Below are positions 40,612 to 49,580 of a DNA stretch of 64,000 bases, piece after piece. Position numbers and translations under genes: made by a program. The stretch lies in NCBI GenBank assembly GCA_009837725.1, contig VXSY01000297.1, positions 1,278-65,277 of the forward strand, read 5' to 3'. The number at the start of each line of letters is the position of its first letter. The first letter of the stretch is position 1. This DNA comes from Gammaproteobacteria bacterium. GTDB lineage: Bacteria; Pseudomonadota; Gammaproteobacteria; Pseudomonadales; Azotimanducaceae. The notes under the pieces were generated by a model. That model was not told the DNA's origin. It was given only the letters and a program-made list of their open reading frames with translations, and made no database searches.

Positions 40612-41478
40612 GTGCGAGTCGAGAGCGCGTGGCAGAATGCCAAGATGGTGGTTGGACCTCTTCGCAGCCTCGATGCGGCGCACGCGTCGCCCATCGGCTA
40701 TTCACTGCACGTCGGCGAGGAAATCGTGCGGCTCAACGAGCGCATCGGTGGCGGGCTCAGGGTGGCGTTCGCTGGCAAGCACGAATGCAGGCATTGTGGG
40801 GAGGAAACGGATCGAGGATTCGGACGTGGCTATTGCTATCGGTGTTTCAAGCGCCTCGCTCGTTGCGACCTATGCATCGTCTCGCCGGCGCGGTGCCATC
40901 ACCATCTTGGCACTTGTCGGGAGCCGGACTGGGGCGAGGCGAACTGCATGGTGCCGCACACCGTGTATCTCGCCGATTCTGGGGGCCTCAAGGTCGGGCT
41001 GACGCGCCACACGGACGGGATCCCGCGCTGGATCGAGCAGGGCGCCCTCGCCGGCATTGTCATCGCTCGCGCGCCGACGCGTCGCGTTGCGGGAGAGTTG
41101 GAGGCAGCCATCGCCGAGGTAGTGCCGGACAAGAGCGATTGGCGGCGGCAGGTGCTCGGACACAGCGTCGTCGAGTCGATTGCCGACGAGGCGCGTCGCA
41201 TAGGTTGCCTCGTCGGCGAGGATGCGGCCAGACGGCTTGGCGCGACTTGGGGGGTCGGTGAGCCGGTGACGCTGCGCTACCCGATCAAGCGTCCGCTGCG
41301 TCGCCCCGTGCGTCTAAAGCTCCGCCAGGACTCGCCGATCGAGGGGCGCCTGATTGGCGTTGTCGGTAGCTTCGTGCTGTTCGACTACGGCGCGTGGAAC
41401 GTCGCCGAAGACATCGGTACTCACATCACCATTGACGACGTCGCCAACGTCGCCGACAAACAAGGAGAGCTGTTTTGA
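40612..41478 (+). CDS. DUF2797-like Cys-rich protein
   Basis: CRHCG...CYRCF...CDLCIV...CHHHLGTC cluster, directly upstream of pepN as commonly seen (recalled, not searched). Alternative start at ATG 40645. Confidence 0.6.
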   Translation: MRVESAWQNAKMVVGPLRSLDAAHASPIGYSLHVGEEIVRLNERIGGGLRVAFAGKHECRHCGEETDRGFGRGYCYRCFKRLARCDLCIVSPARCHHHLGTCREPDWGEANCMVPHTVYLADSGGLKVGLTRHTDGIPRWIEQGALAGIVIARAPTRRVAGELEAAIAEVVPDKSDWRRQVLGHSVVESIADEARRIGCLVGEDAARRLGATWGVGEPVTLRYPIKRPLRRPVRLKLRQDSPIEGRLIGVVGSFVLFDYGAWNVAEDIGTHITIDDVANVADKQGELF

Positions 41479-44153
41479 GTGACTCGCAAAAAGGCGAGAC
41501 GGCGCCAAGGGCGCAGCTTCGGCTGGATTACGAACCCTACCCCTTCGAGGTGCCCGAGACGCGCCTCAGGTTCGACATCCAGGCCGGCCAGACCACGGTC
41601 ACCAGCGAACTCGCCATCGAGCGGCGCAGCGAAGGCGACCTTGTCCTCAACGGTGCCGATCTGGAACTCCTGTCCCTCGGAATCGACGGTCGGGAACTCG
41701 GCGGCAACGAATACCGCATCGACGGCGAGACACTGACCCTTTTCGACGTGCCGGAGCGCTGCACGCTCTCGGTAATCACCCGCATCCGCCCGGAAACCAA
41801 CACGGCGCTCGAAGGACTCTACCGCTCCCGTTCCATGTACTGCACCCAGTGCGAGGCGGAGGGCTTCCGCAAGATCAGCTGGTTCCCGGACCGCCCAGAC
41901 GTGCTCTCCCGCTATACCACCACCATCGAGGCGGACGCCGCGACCTGCCCCGTGCTGCTCGCCGGCGGCAACCTGCTCGAGGAGCGCGAGCACGACGGTC
42001 GGCGCACCGTCACCTGGCAAGACCCCTTCCCGAAGCCAAGCTATCTATTCGCCCTGGTGGCTGGGGACCTCGCGCTGCTCGAGGACGAGTTCGTTACGAT
42101 GTCCGGTCGCCACGTGGGGCTGCGCATCTACTCCGAGCCCCACAACATCGATCAGTGCGGCTATGCCATGGGCGCGCTCAAGCGAGCCATGCGCTGGGAC
42201 GAAGAGCGATTCGGCCGCGAATACGACCTCGACAACTTCATGATCGTCGCCGTCGAGGACTTCAACATGGGGGCAATGGAGAACAAGGGCCTCAACATCT
42301 TCAACACCTCCTGCGTGCTCGCATCGCCCGACACCGCCACGGATGCCGCTTACCAGCGCGTCGAAGCGGTGGTCGCGCACGAGTATTTCCACAACTGGTC
42401 CGGCAATCGCGTCACTTGCCGCGACTGGTTCCAGCTCAGCCTCAAGGAAGGCTTCACGGTGTTCCGGGATCAGGAGTTCTCCTCCGACATGAACTCCCGC
42501 AGCGTCAAGCGGGTGGAGGACGTGAAGTTTCTCCGCGATGTGCAGTTCGCCGAGGATGCTGGCCCGCTCGCTCATGCGGTGCGACCGGACAGCTACGTCG
42601 AAATCTCTAACTTCTACACCACCACCGTGTACGAGAAGGGCGCGGAGGTGGTACGGATGTTGGCGACGCTGCTTGGCAGGGCCAAGTTCCGCGCCGCCTG
42701 CGATCTCTACTTCGAGCGCCACGACGGCCAGGCCGTGACCATCGAGGACTTCGTGGCGGCGATGGAGCGGATCTCGGGCCACGATCTCGGCCAGTTTCGG
42801 CGCTGGTATGCCCAGGCCGGCACGCCGGTGCTAAACGTCGAGGAAAGCCGCGACGGCGATCGCATCGAGCTCGCCATCGAGCAAACCTGCCCGCCAACGC
42901 CGGAGCAGGCGACGAAGGAACCGTTCCACATCCCCTTGGCGCTGGGTCTCGTGGCGGACGGTGGCGACCGGCTCGGTGCATCGGCTAGCCCTGCGTCGAT
43001 TCGCGCGGATGCAGATGTCGAGGAGGAGATGCTCGGCGCGGTCGTCCACATGCGCGGCAAGCGTCTCGCCCTTGCCTTCGAGAACGCCGGCGACGATGCC
43101 CAGGTGAGTTTCCTGCGCGGCTTCTCGGCGCCGGTCCGGGTGCGCTACGCGCGTTCTCGGGACGTGCTCGCGGAGCTTGCCGCCACGGACAGCGATGGCT
43201 TTGCGCGCTGGGATGCAGCGCAGGACCTGTTGGGGGAGTGCATTCTCGCCAGCGACGGCGAGGACTTGCTGGCGGGCGTGGAGGTGGTGGCGGGCCTGTT
43301 CGAGCGGCTCTGGCAGCAGGCGATGGAGGCGCCGGACGACGGCGAAGCCAAGGCGCTCTTGGCTGCGACCATGACGCTGCCACAGGTGGGTTACTTGCTG
43401 GAGACTTCGCCCGGGCGGGACATCATGGCACTCGCGGACGTGCGCGATGCGTTTGTCGACTCGATTGCCGATCACCTCGATTGGGAGGCGCTAGCGGCGG
43501 CGCAGGGCAACGGAGAGGCGTACAGCCCGGACCCGGTTTCGATCGCCCGGCGGCAGCTAAAGGCCACAGCACTGGGCTTTGCCGTGCGGAAGCTAGACCG
43601 AACAGACTGTGCGCGAGCGCAGAAGCTTCTCGGCAGCCTGCTCGACGGTGCCGACAACCTCACGGACCGGTTGCTGGGCTTGCAGGGGGTCCTTGGCCTC
43701 GACTCCATGCCGGAAGCCGCCAAGCAGGTCCGCATCGACGAGTTCCACGAGGCGTGGTCGAGCGAAGCGCTCGTGCTGGACGCCTGGTTCTCCTCGCAAG
43801 CCGGCAGCAGCGAGTGGGGGACGTTGTCCCGCATCCGCGCCCTGGCGGAGCACCCATCGTTCGACATCGCCAACCCCAACAAGGTGCGGGCACTGCACCT
43901 GCGCTTCGCCATCGGCAACGTGAGGGGATTCCACGCCGCCGACGGCGCCTCGTACCGCTGGCTGGCGGAAACGGTGGTGGAGATGGACCCATCCAACCCC
44001 CAAGTCGCCGCAAGAATGGCCCGCGCCCTGGCGCCATGGCGACGCCACAGCCCGGCCCGGGGCCGACTGATGCGAGACGCTCTGTCGTCAATCCGCCGCC
44101 CGGGGTTGTCCAAGGATGTAACCGAGGTGATCGAAAAAGCGCTGTCGGGCTAG
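41475..44153 (+). CDS. pepN: Aminopeptidase N
   Basis: GAMENKGLNIF and HEYFHNWSGNRVTCRDWFQLSLKEGFTVFRDQEF (HExxH...E zinc site). 892 aa. Confidence 0.95.
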   Translation: MSDSQKGETAPRAQLRLDYEPYPFEVPETRLRFDIQAGQTTVTSELAIERRSEGDLVLNGADLELLSLGIDGRELGGNEYRIDGETLTLFDVPERCTLSVITRIRPETNTALEGLYRSRSMYCTQCEAEGFRKISWFPDRPDVLSRYTTTIEADAATCPVLLAGGNLLEEREHDGRRTVTWQDPFPKPSYLFALVAGDLALLEDEFVTMSGRHVGLRIYSEPHNIDQCGYAMGALKRAMRWDEERFGREYDLDNFMIVAVEDFNMGAMENKGLNIFNTSCVLASPDTATDAAYQRVEAVVAHEYFHNWSGNRVTCRDWFQLSLKEGFTVFRDQEFSSDMNSRSVKRVEDVKFLRDVQFAEDAGPLAHAVRPDSYVEISNFYTTTVYEKGAEVVRMLATLLGRAKFRAACDLYFERHDGQAVTIEDFVAAMERISGHDLGQFRRWYAQAGTPVLNVEESRDGDRIELAIEQTCPPTPEQATKEPFHIPLALGLVADGGDRLGASASPASIRADADVEEEMLGAVVHMRGKRLALAFENAGDDAQVSFLRGFSAPVRVRYARSRDVLAELAATDSDGFARWDAAQDLLGECILASDGEDLLAGVEVVAGLFERLWQQAMEAPDDGEAKALLAATMTLPQVGYLLETSPGRDIMALADVRDAFVDSIADHLDWEALAAAQGNGEAYSPDPVSIARRQLKATALGFAVRKLDRTDCARAQKLLGSLLDGADNLTDRLLGLQGVLGLDSMPEAAKQVRIDEFHEAWSSEALVLDAWFSSQAGSSEWGTLSRIRALAEHPSFDIANPNKVRALHLRFAIGNVRGFHAADGASYRWLAETVVEMDPSNPQVAARMARALAPWRRHSPARGRLMRDALSSIRRPGLSKDVTEVIEKALSG

Positions 44154-44177
44154 TAGGTTGCGTGTCTTCTGAACAAG

Positions 44178-44297
44178 ACGGGCCTTTGGAGGGAAGGCAT
44201 TCTGCCTTCCCTCGCGCCGATAGGCGCGCTTCTTCGACCTCGGATGGCGCGCTACCGCGCGCCAGGGAAGGCAGAATGCCTTCCCTCCAAGGCCCGT
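44178..44297. repeat. 120-bp nested inverted repeat (REP/BIME-like) between convergent pepN and batD
   Basis: Arm 44178-44212 (ACGGGCCTTTGGAGGGAAGGCATTCTGCCTTCCCT) equals the reverse complement of arm 44264-44297 except for one extra T. Each arm contains the hairpin GGGAAGGCA-TTC-TGCCTTCCC. The 51-nt spacer holds two more GC hairpins. Confidence 0.9.
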
Positions 44298-44327
44298 TCA
44301 TGGCCAAGTCCCACAGGCCGCCAGCCC

Positions 44328-45677
44328 CTAACGTACTCTCCCGGGAGTCGTGGGGTACAGCGGAGGCAGTGGATCCATGGCGCTTCCGGCGTCCTCGTCT
44401 TGGGCGACGACGGCTCGCAGGAGGGATTCGAGGTCCTTCGGCTTGTCGGGCCGTTGTGCGTAGATGGGAGCGTTCAAGGCGTTGAGGAGGTCTTGGCCCG
44501 TTTCCGTGGACTGCAAGCGTTGCAGTGCTTGGACACCACCTTGGTGCCAATGTTCGCTGAGCCAATCGAGGATCATTGCCTTGGCTTCGGTGGGCGAGCG
44601 TTTGGGCAAGCGGCGCAGTAGTGCTTGCAGGCTTGGGGCGGTGCGGCTTGGCGGCTTGTTGTTTTCGGCGTGGCGCCGGTTCCGTCGATTCCGTGCGGCG
44701 AGGTAGATGGCGAGGCACCAGCCGGTGGGGGCGAGGACGGCGAGGACGAGCGTTGGCCACGGCATGTTGGGTGCGGCGTCCGGCGCTTGTGCGGGGCCTT
44801 CTGCGGTGAAGTCCTCGGTAGACGCCGTCTCGGCGGGCCGTTCTGGATCGGCTGTCGGCGCCGCTCCCGTGACGGTCAATCTTTTGACGGGTGCGATCGT
44901 GGTGGCAAGTGTGTCCGTGCGGGTGTTCCACCACACCACTTCGACGCTCGGCACCACGAATGCTCCGGCGCGGGTCGGGATCAGCGTGCGGCGTTCCACG
45001 CGTTCGCCGATGACCACGCGGTCGGCCCCTTCGTTGAGCTCGGCCGGCGCCGGGTAGCTGCGGAACGCGTCCGGCGAGCGGGCGATGAGCGGCGGAATCG
45101 CGGACGCTGGCGCGCCGCGCGCGGTCACCGTCAAGACGCGATCGATGGGCTTGCCGACGCCGAGGTCGCTCGTAGCGGGCCACTCGTCGCGTAGCGTCAC
45201 GTCTTCCGCCGGAAACCAAGCGCTGTTGGCAGGATAGGAGTCGGGCATTGGCATCACGTCGATGGCCATCGGCGGCGAGACGACCCGCAACACTTGGCCG
45301 CGATCACCGGGCGCTTGGCCCCTGGCGCTAAGGCGCACGTTGGCTTCGGGAATCACCAGCGGGCCGCTGCGTTCCGGGAACACGGAAAAACGCTGTCGGA
45401 CCCCTTCAAACGCAATGCCATCGCGTTCGAACTCCACAGGCTCAGGCGGCCCGTGCGGTACCACCATCGCACCGTCCACGTCCTCGAGCACCGGCAGTGC
45501 TTCGAGCAACCGAACCGGCGTCGAGTGCAGCAGCCGACGAGTGACGACGAGTTCCGCATGAACGTACGCCCGCTCGCGGTTGGTCACCGTTTCCAGGATG
45601 GGCTGCGCGGTTGCCAGCGAGGCTGAGGCCGCGGTGGCCACCGCCGCGGCAGCGAAGAGGTGGCGGCCTCGCGACAC
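44328..45677 (-). CDS. BatD-like (oxygen-tolerance family) membrane protein
   Basis: The GTG start at 45675-45677 gives a signal peptide, SRGRHLFAAAAVATAASASLATAQP. A C-terminal TM segment (WPTLVLAVLAPTGWCLAIYL) is present. It is the last gene of the MoxR/Bat operon. Confidence 0.7.
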   Translation of the reverse strand: MSRGRHLFAAAAVATAASASLATAQPILETVTNRERAYVHAELVVTRRLLHSTPVRLLEALPVLEDVDGAMVVPHGPPEPVEFERDGIAFEGVRQRFSVFPERSGPLVIPEANVRLSARGQAPGDRGQVLRVVSPPMAIDVMPMPDSYPANSAWFPAEDVTLRDEWPATSDLGVGKPIDRVLTVTARGAPASAIPPLIARSPDAFRSYPAPAELNEGADRVVIGERVERRTLIPTRAGAFVVPSVEVVWWNTRTDTLATTIAPVKRLTVTGAAPTADPERPAETASTEDFTAEGPAQAPDAAPNMPWPTLVLAVLAPTGWCLAIYLAARNRRNRRHAENNKPPSRTAPSLQALLRRLPKRSPTEAKAMILDWLSEHWHQGGVQALQRLQSTETGQDLLNALNAPIYAQRPDKPKDLESLLRAVVAQDEDAGSAMDPLPPLYPTTPGRVR

Positions 45678-45735
45678 GAGGGCCCGGGCAAGAATGCCCC
45701 CGAAGGCCCTCGCATGGTCGCAGTCGTTCGACGTG

Positions 45736-46005
45736 CATGGAGCAAATCCCGTAACACGTTGATAAACCCCCAATGTGCTTCGAAGCGGAGTCAACACCAA
45801 CATGCCGGCCAGATGGCGCGGTCCCACACGCCCTTCGGAGCGAGGGCCCTTCACGCTCCTCCCGCCGAAGGCGAAGAAACCAAGGTCCAGAAGCTGCAAC
45901 CAGCCCTCTCCCCGCGAGACGGGCCTGTCGGTGGCGGGGAAGGGCCCCTGTTCCCTGCCGTCCGCGGCCCGCCGTGCCCGCCGGAATGGGAACTTCCTTT
46001 CCCAC
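45736..46005 (+). repeat. Copy A of a ~270-bp dispersed repeat (possible structured RNA or REP-derived element)
   Basis: Hand alignment to the reverse complement of 60301-60567 shows long identical blocks. Examples: GGCGCGGTCCCAC, TTCGGAGCGAGG, CACGCTCCTCCCGCCGAAGGCGAAG, GAAGCTGCAACC, CCCCGCGAGACGGGCCTGT. I estimate 75-80% identity with small indels. Confidence 0.8.
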
Positions 46006-46019
46006 GTAGATCCCCGCAT

Positions 46020-48797
46020 CTACCAAACTCGCTCGGTTTGTCGGTAGCGGTAGTCGCCAGAGCGCAACCGCCGCCGGGTTTCGTGTTGGAACTTGCGGGC
46101 GAGCAGGCCCGTGGGGTCATCCGGGATGCGGCGCAGCCACTGCTCGGTGGCGGCGCGGGCTTCCTGACTGCGGCGGTGCTCGGGATTACCGGAATCGTCG
46201 GCGACCTGCTGGGCGGAGGGATTGTCCTCGCCGGAGGCGGGCTGGTCACTGGCGGCGTCACCGGCATTGCCTGTGCTGGAAGGGTCGGGGCGCGCTGCGG
46301 CTGTCTCGGATGGCATGCCCTCGCCGGTGCGCCGGTCGCTCGATGCATTGGGCTTGCCTTCGCTGGCCTCCTGCTGGCGCAACATCTCCTCCACCAGTGC
46401 TTTGTTGTGGGCAGAATCCTCGTGCCCGGGAGCCGCACGCAGCACCGCGTCGAAGGCGATCACAGCTTCCTCCAGGCGGCCGGCCCGCGCCAGCGAGTTG
46501 CCGAGATTGAAGCGTCCCGTTGGGGTGGGATCGACTGCGAAATCCTGAATCGCGCCGGTGTAGTCGGCGCTGCGATACCGTGCCACGGCACGCCAACTGC
46601 GATCCTCGAAAACACCCGCAGCACGTTCGGCGTCGCCGCCTTGGAGCAATCTGTGCGCGCGCTGGTCGGGTCTTTCCCAGAAATCTGCCCCGGCAGGCTG
46701 CGAACCCAGCAACGCACCGACGGTCACCAGGGCGGGAACCACCGCCAACGCGCCGCGTCGAAAGCCGCCCAGAACCAGCAAGGCGAGTGGAATGAGCAGC
46801 CAATAGCCAGCGTCACTCCAAATGTCGAACTGACGCTCCGCCTCGCGCGACTCGCCGCGCCTTGGCAGCGGAGTTTCGAGCAACTCCGCAAGGTCGCTGC
46901 CGTCGATGGCAAGGCTGCGGTAACGGCCGTGGCCGGCTTCGGCCACTTCCTCCAAGTGCTCGGCGTCGAGGCGCACGTGCACCACCGAACCGTCGTCGGC
47001 GCGCAGGAGCTGCGGTGCGCGCCCAGGCGTGCGAACCGGGATCGGTGCTCCGGTCGCGGTACCGACCCCGAGGATCGACACCGGAAAGGACGGCGTTGCG
47101 TGTTCGGTAACGTCCCGGGCCCTCTCCACGGCATCGGTGATAAGCAGAATCCGACCTTGTTCGATGCCAGCGTTGCGGTAGAGCTGGCGGGCGAGTTCAA
47201 GAGCGGCGGCGGGCCGACTGCCTTGCACCGGCATCATGGTTGGATGCAGGGCGCCGACGAGGTTGGCGATGGTGCGGGTGTCATCCGTCAGCGGCGTGAC
47301 CACATGGGCATCGCCGGCGTAGGCGACAAGGGCGGTCAATCCTTCCTGCCGCTCGCCGAGCAAGTCCGCGAGCTTGTGGCGTGCTCGCACCATGCGGGAG
47401 GGTTCGACGTCTTCTGCCAGCATGGACATGGATACGTCGAGCACTACCACTAGGCCACCCGTGCGTTGCGCCACCGGTTCGGGCAGTCGCTCCCAGGTGG
47501 GGCCGGCGAGGGCCAGAATCATGAGCAAGGCCGCTGCGACAAGGAGTTTGGTGCGCAAGCCGCGGCCTTGGTCGCGCTCCTCAAGGAGCACGCGCAAAAG
47601 CTCCGGCGCCACCGCCTCGCGCCAGCCGCCGGCACCGGCCAGGGCCAGCCGCCCGAGCCACCACAGGAGCGGCGCGACGGGAAGCGCGAACAGCCACAGC
47701 GGACGCAGGAAGTGGAAGTCCGCAAGTGCCGCCATCATCGGGCAACCGCCCGTGCGTGCGGGTGAGGCGTAAGCGCTCGCCGCGTGCGACTCTCCGCTCG
47801 GTCGCCGGCCTCGGAGACTTCCGATGGGCAGCATGGACATCGCTGCGGCCAGCAGCAGGACCGCGGCGGCGGTCAACGGAAGGTGATACAGCTCGCTGAC
47901 CGGGCGGTACGGTTCGGCGTCCTGCGCCACCGGCTCTAGCTCGTCGATGCGACGATAGACGGCGCGCAGGCCTTCGGTGTCGGCTGCGCGGAACGTGTCG
48001 CCGCCGGTGATGCGGGCGACGTCGGCGAGCGTTGCCTCGTCGAGGCCCGAACTCGGGCTGATGGTGCGACCGCCGCCGGCGGCGAGCTGCCGCGCTGATT
48101 CCCGGCCCACCCCGATGGTGTGGATGCGGATGCCGGTGACCGCTGCCAACTGCGCCGCCCGCCTAGGCGATACCGCCCCGGCATTGTTGGCGCCGTCGGT
48201 GAGAAGGACCAGCACGCGACCTTCGCTCGGACGGTGGCGCAGGCGCTTGACGGCGAGGCCAATGGCGTCGCCGATCGCGGTCTTGCCGCCGGCGATGCCA
48301 ACGGGCGCTTCGGTCAGCAACGTCTCCACGGTGTTGAGATCAAACGTCAGAGGCGATTGCAGGTAAGCGCGGGAGCCGAACAGCACCAGCCCCACCCGGT
48401 CGCCACGGCGTCGCTGAACGAACTCCCGCACCACGGTCTTCACCACAGTCAGACGATCGGCTCTGCTGCGGCCTAGCGTCAGGTCTTCCGTGCTCATGCT
48501 GCCGGATATGTCCACGGCCAGCATCAGGTCTCGGCCCGTGGTGGGCAGCAGCACCGGTTCGCCGGTGACTTGCGGGCGAGCCAAGGCGACGATGAGCGCC
48601 GCCCATCCCAGCCAAAGAAGGGCCTCACCCCAGCGGGTGCGTGTCGCGGCTGCGGCGTGGACATCGGCTACGGCGAAGGCGTTGGCGTCGGGTACCAGCA
48701 AAGCGCTTTCCGTCGTTTGCGCAGGCCGCGACAGCCAGCGCACAAGCAGCGGCAGCGGCAGCGCCGCCAAGGCAAGGGGCCAGGCGAGTTCGATCAT
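46020..48797 (-). CDS. Single ORF fusing BatA-like (VWA), BatB-like (VWA) and BatC-like (TPR) modules
   Basis: First VWA domain has LMLAVDISGSM...LLTDGANN. The second begins at MMAALADFHFLRPLW (about 47738) with VVVLDVSMSM...LLITDA. A C-terminal TPR-like region follows. No in-frame stop separates the modules. Confidence 0.75.
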   Translation of the reverse strand: MIELAWPLALAALPLPLLVRWLSRPAQTTESALLVPDANAFAVADVHAAAATRTRWGEALLWLGWAALIVALARPQVTGEPVLLPTTGRDLMLAVDISGSMSTEDLTLGRSRADRLTVVKTVVREFVQRRRGDRVGLVLFGSRAYLQSPLTFDLNTVETLLTEAPVGIAGGKTAIGDAIGLAVKRLRHRPSEGRVLVLLTDGANNAGAVSPRRAAQLAAVTGIRIHTIGVGRESARQLAAGGGRTISPSSGLDEATLADVARITGGDTFRAADTEGLRAVYRRIDELEPVAQDAEPYRPVSELYHLPLTAAAVLLLAAAMSMLPIGSLRGRRPSGESHAASAYASPARTGGCPMMAALADFHFLRPLWLFALPVAPLLWWLGRLALAGAGGWREAVAPELLRVLLEERDQGRGLRTKLLVAAALLMILALAGPTWERLPEPVAQRTGGLVVVLDVSMSMLAEDVEPSRMVRARHKLADLLGERQEGLTALVAYAGDAHVVTPLTDDTRTIANLVGALHPTMMPVQGSRPAAALELARQLYRNAGIEQGRILLITDAVERARDVTEHATPSFPVSILGVGTATGAPIPVRTPGRAPQLLRADDGSVVHVRLDAEHLEEVAEAGHGRYRSLAIDGSDLAELLETPLPRRGESREAERQFDIWSDAGYWLLIPLALLVLGGFRRGALAVVPALVTVGALLGSQPAGADFWERPDQRAHRLLQGGDAERAAGVFEDRSWRAVARYRSADYTGAIQDFAVDPTPTGRFNLGNSLARAGRLEEAVIAFDAVLRAAPGHEDSAHNKALVEEMLRQQEASEGKPNASSDRRTGEGMPSETAAARPDPSSTGNAGDAASDQPASGEDNPSAQQVADDSGNPEHRRSQEARAATEQWLRRIPDDPTGLLARKFQHETRRRLRSGDYRYRQTERVW

Positions 48798-49387
48798 GTG
48801 CGGCGAAGGCGTTGGAGCTTGGCGGACTGTGCAGCCACCGTCGCGCTCGCCCTGGCTAGAAACCGGTGGAGCAGGCGCAAGGCAGGCCGAACTAGCGTCC
48901 GCTCGCGCACAGCTTTTTGCAGGGCGTCGATTGCCGCGGTCGCAAGGCCCGTCGCGTCCACATCGAAGCGTGGTCGAAAACGGGCATCGCCGAGAGCCTT
49001 GCGCAGCGCAGCCAACTCCGGCTGCGGGAACCGTTCTTTCAGCGCTTGCGTCCAGGCATCCCCAGCGGCCGTTGTCGCGCGTTGCCGCCCCTCCACGCGC
49101 ACAAGCACGCGCTTCAGCACGTCGCTGATCCGGTCTGCCAAGGCACGGGTGTCGATCTCGCCCGCCGCATATTGACGCGCAGCAAGGCGGATGTGCCGTT
49201 CGGCGGCGATGTAAGGCATGCGCAGCCGAGCCCGATGCCGCAACCAGCGCTTAGCAAGCAAAGTGGCAAGGACGAGTGCCACCACGGCGATCCCAAACAC
49301 CACCCACCACCCCGGTGCTGGCGGCCAAAACCCGGGCGCGACGGGCTCGTGAATGTCCCTCAGATCACTCAAGAGATCGGGCGGCAC
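48794..49387 (-). CDS. DUF4381-like membrane protein of the MoxR/Bat operon
   Basis: DLRDIHEPVAPGFWPPAPGWWVVFGIAVVALVLATLL. GTG start chosen at 49385-49387. The stop overlaps the batA start (ATGA). Confidence 0.55.
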   Translation of the reverse strand: MPPDLLSDLRDIHEPVAPGFWPPAPGWWVVFGIAVVALVLATLLAKRWLRHRARLRMPYIAAERHIRLAARQYAAGEIDTRALADRISDVLKRVLVRVEGRQRATTAAGDAWTQALKERFPQPELAALRKALGDARFRPRFDVDATGLATAAIDALQKAVRERTLVRPALRLLHRFLARASATVAAQSAKLQRLRRT

Positions 49388-49580
49388 TCGGCGCTCCCCT
49401 GCACCTTTGCAGCAACGCCGGTCAACTTCCCACACGCAACGCGCCGTCGCAAGCCGTAGCTGCGAGCGAATGCGAGCGCGTTGGCAGTTGCTACGCAACT
49501 GCTGGCCGACGAGTTCGCTTACGCTCACCCTCCGGCTAGGAGCCAGCGCCGTTTCCTACGGCGCAGCTTCCTAGCCCGCG

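Noticed and set aside
43660-45219. 519-aa minus-strand ORF spanning the pepN 3' end, the inverted repeat and batD
   Set aside because: It is R/P/G-rich, crosses an intergenic repeat, and conflicts with pepN (plus strand) and batD (a different minus frame).
45736-46005. The ~270-bp repeat considered as a known RNA (SRP/4.5S, RNase P, tmRNA, 6S, or cobalamin, c-di-GMP or TPP riboswitches)
   Set aside because: It has no convincing match to the consensus cores I can recall. AGGTCCAGAAGCTGCAACC only superficially resembles the SRP GGAA motif region. An Infernal scan is needed, so it is kept as an unclassified repeat.
45678-46019. Upstream extension of the batD ORF (and likewise 60114..60623 for the giant ORF, 9100..9402 for ispB and 12753..13091 for rpsT)
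   Set aside because: The extensions are low-complexity and run through non-coding repeats or intergenic DNA. Internal starts give proper signal peptides or canonical N-termini.
45660-47453. 597-aa plus-strand ORF
   Set aside because: It is antisense to the BatA/B/C ORF and runs through repeat copy A. No motifs were seen.
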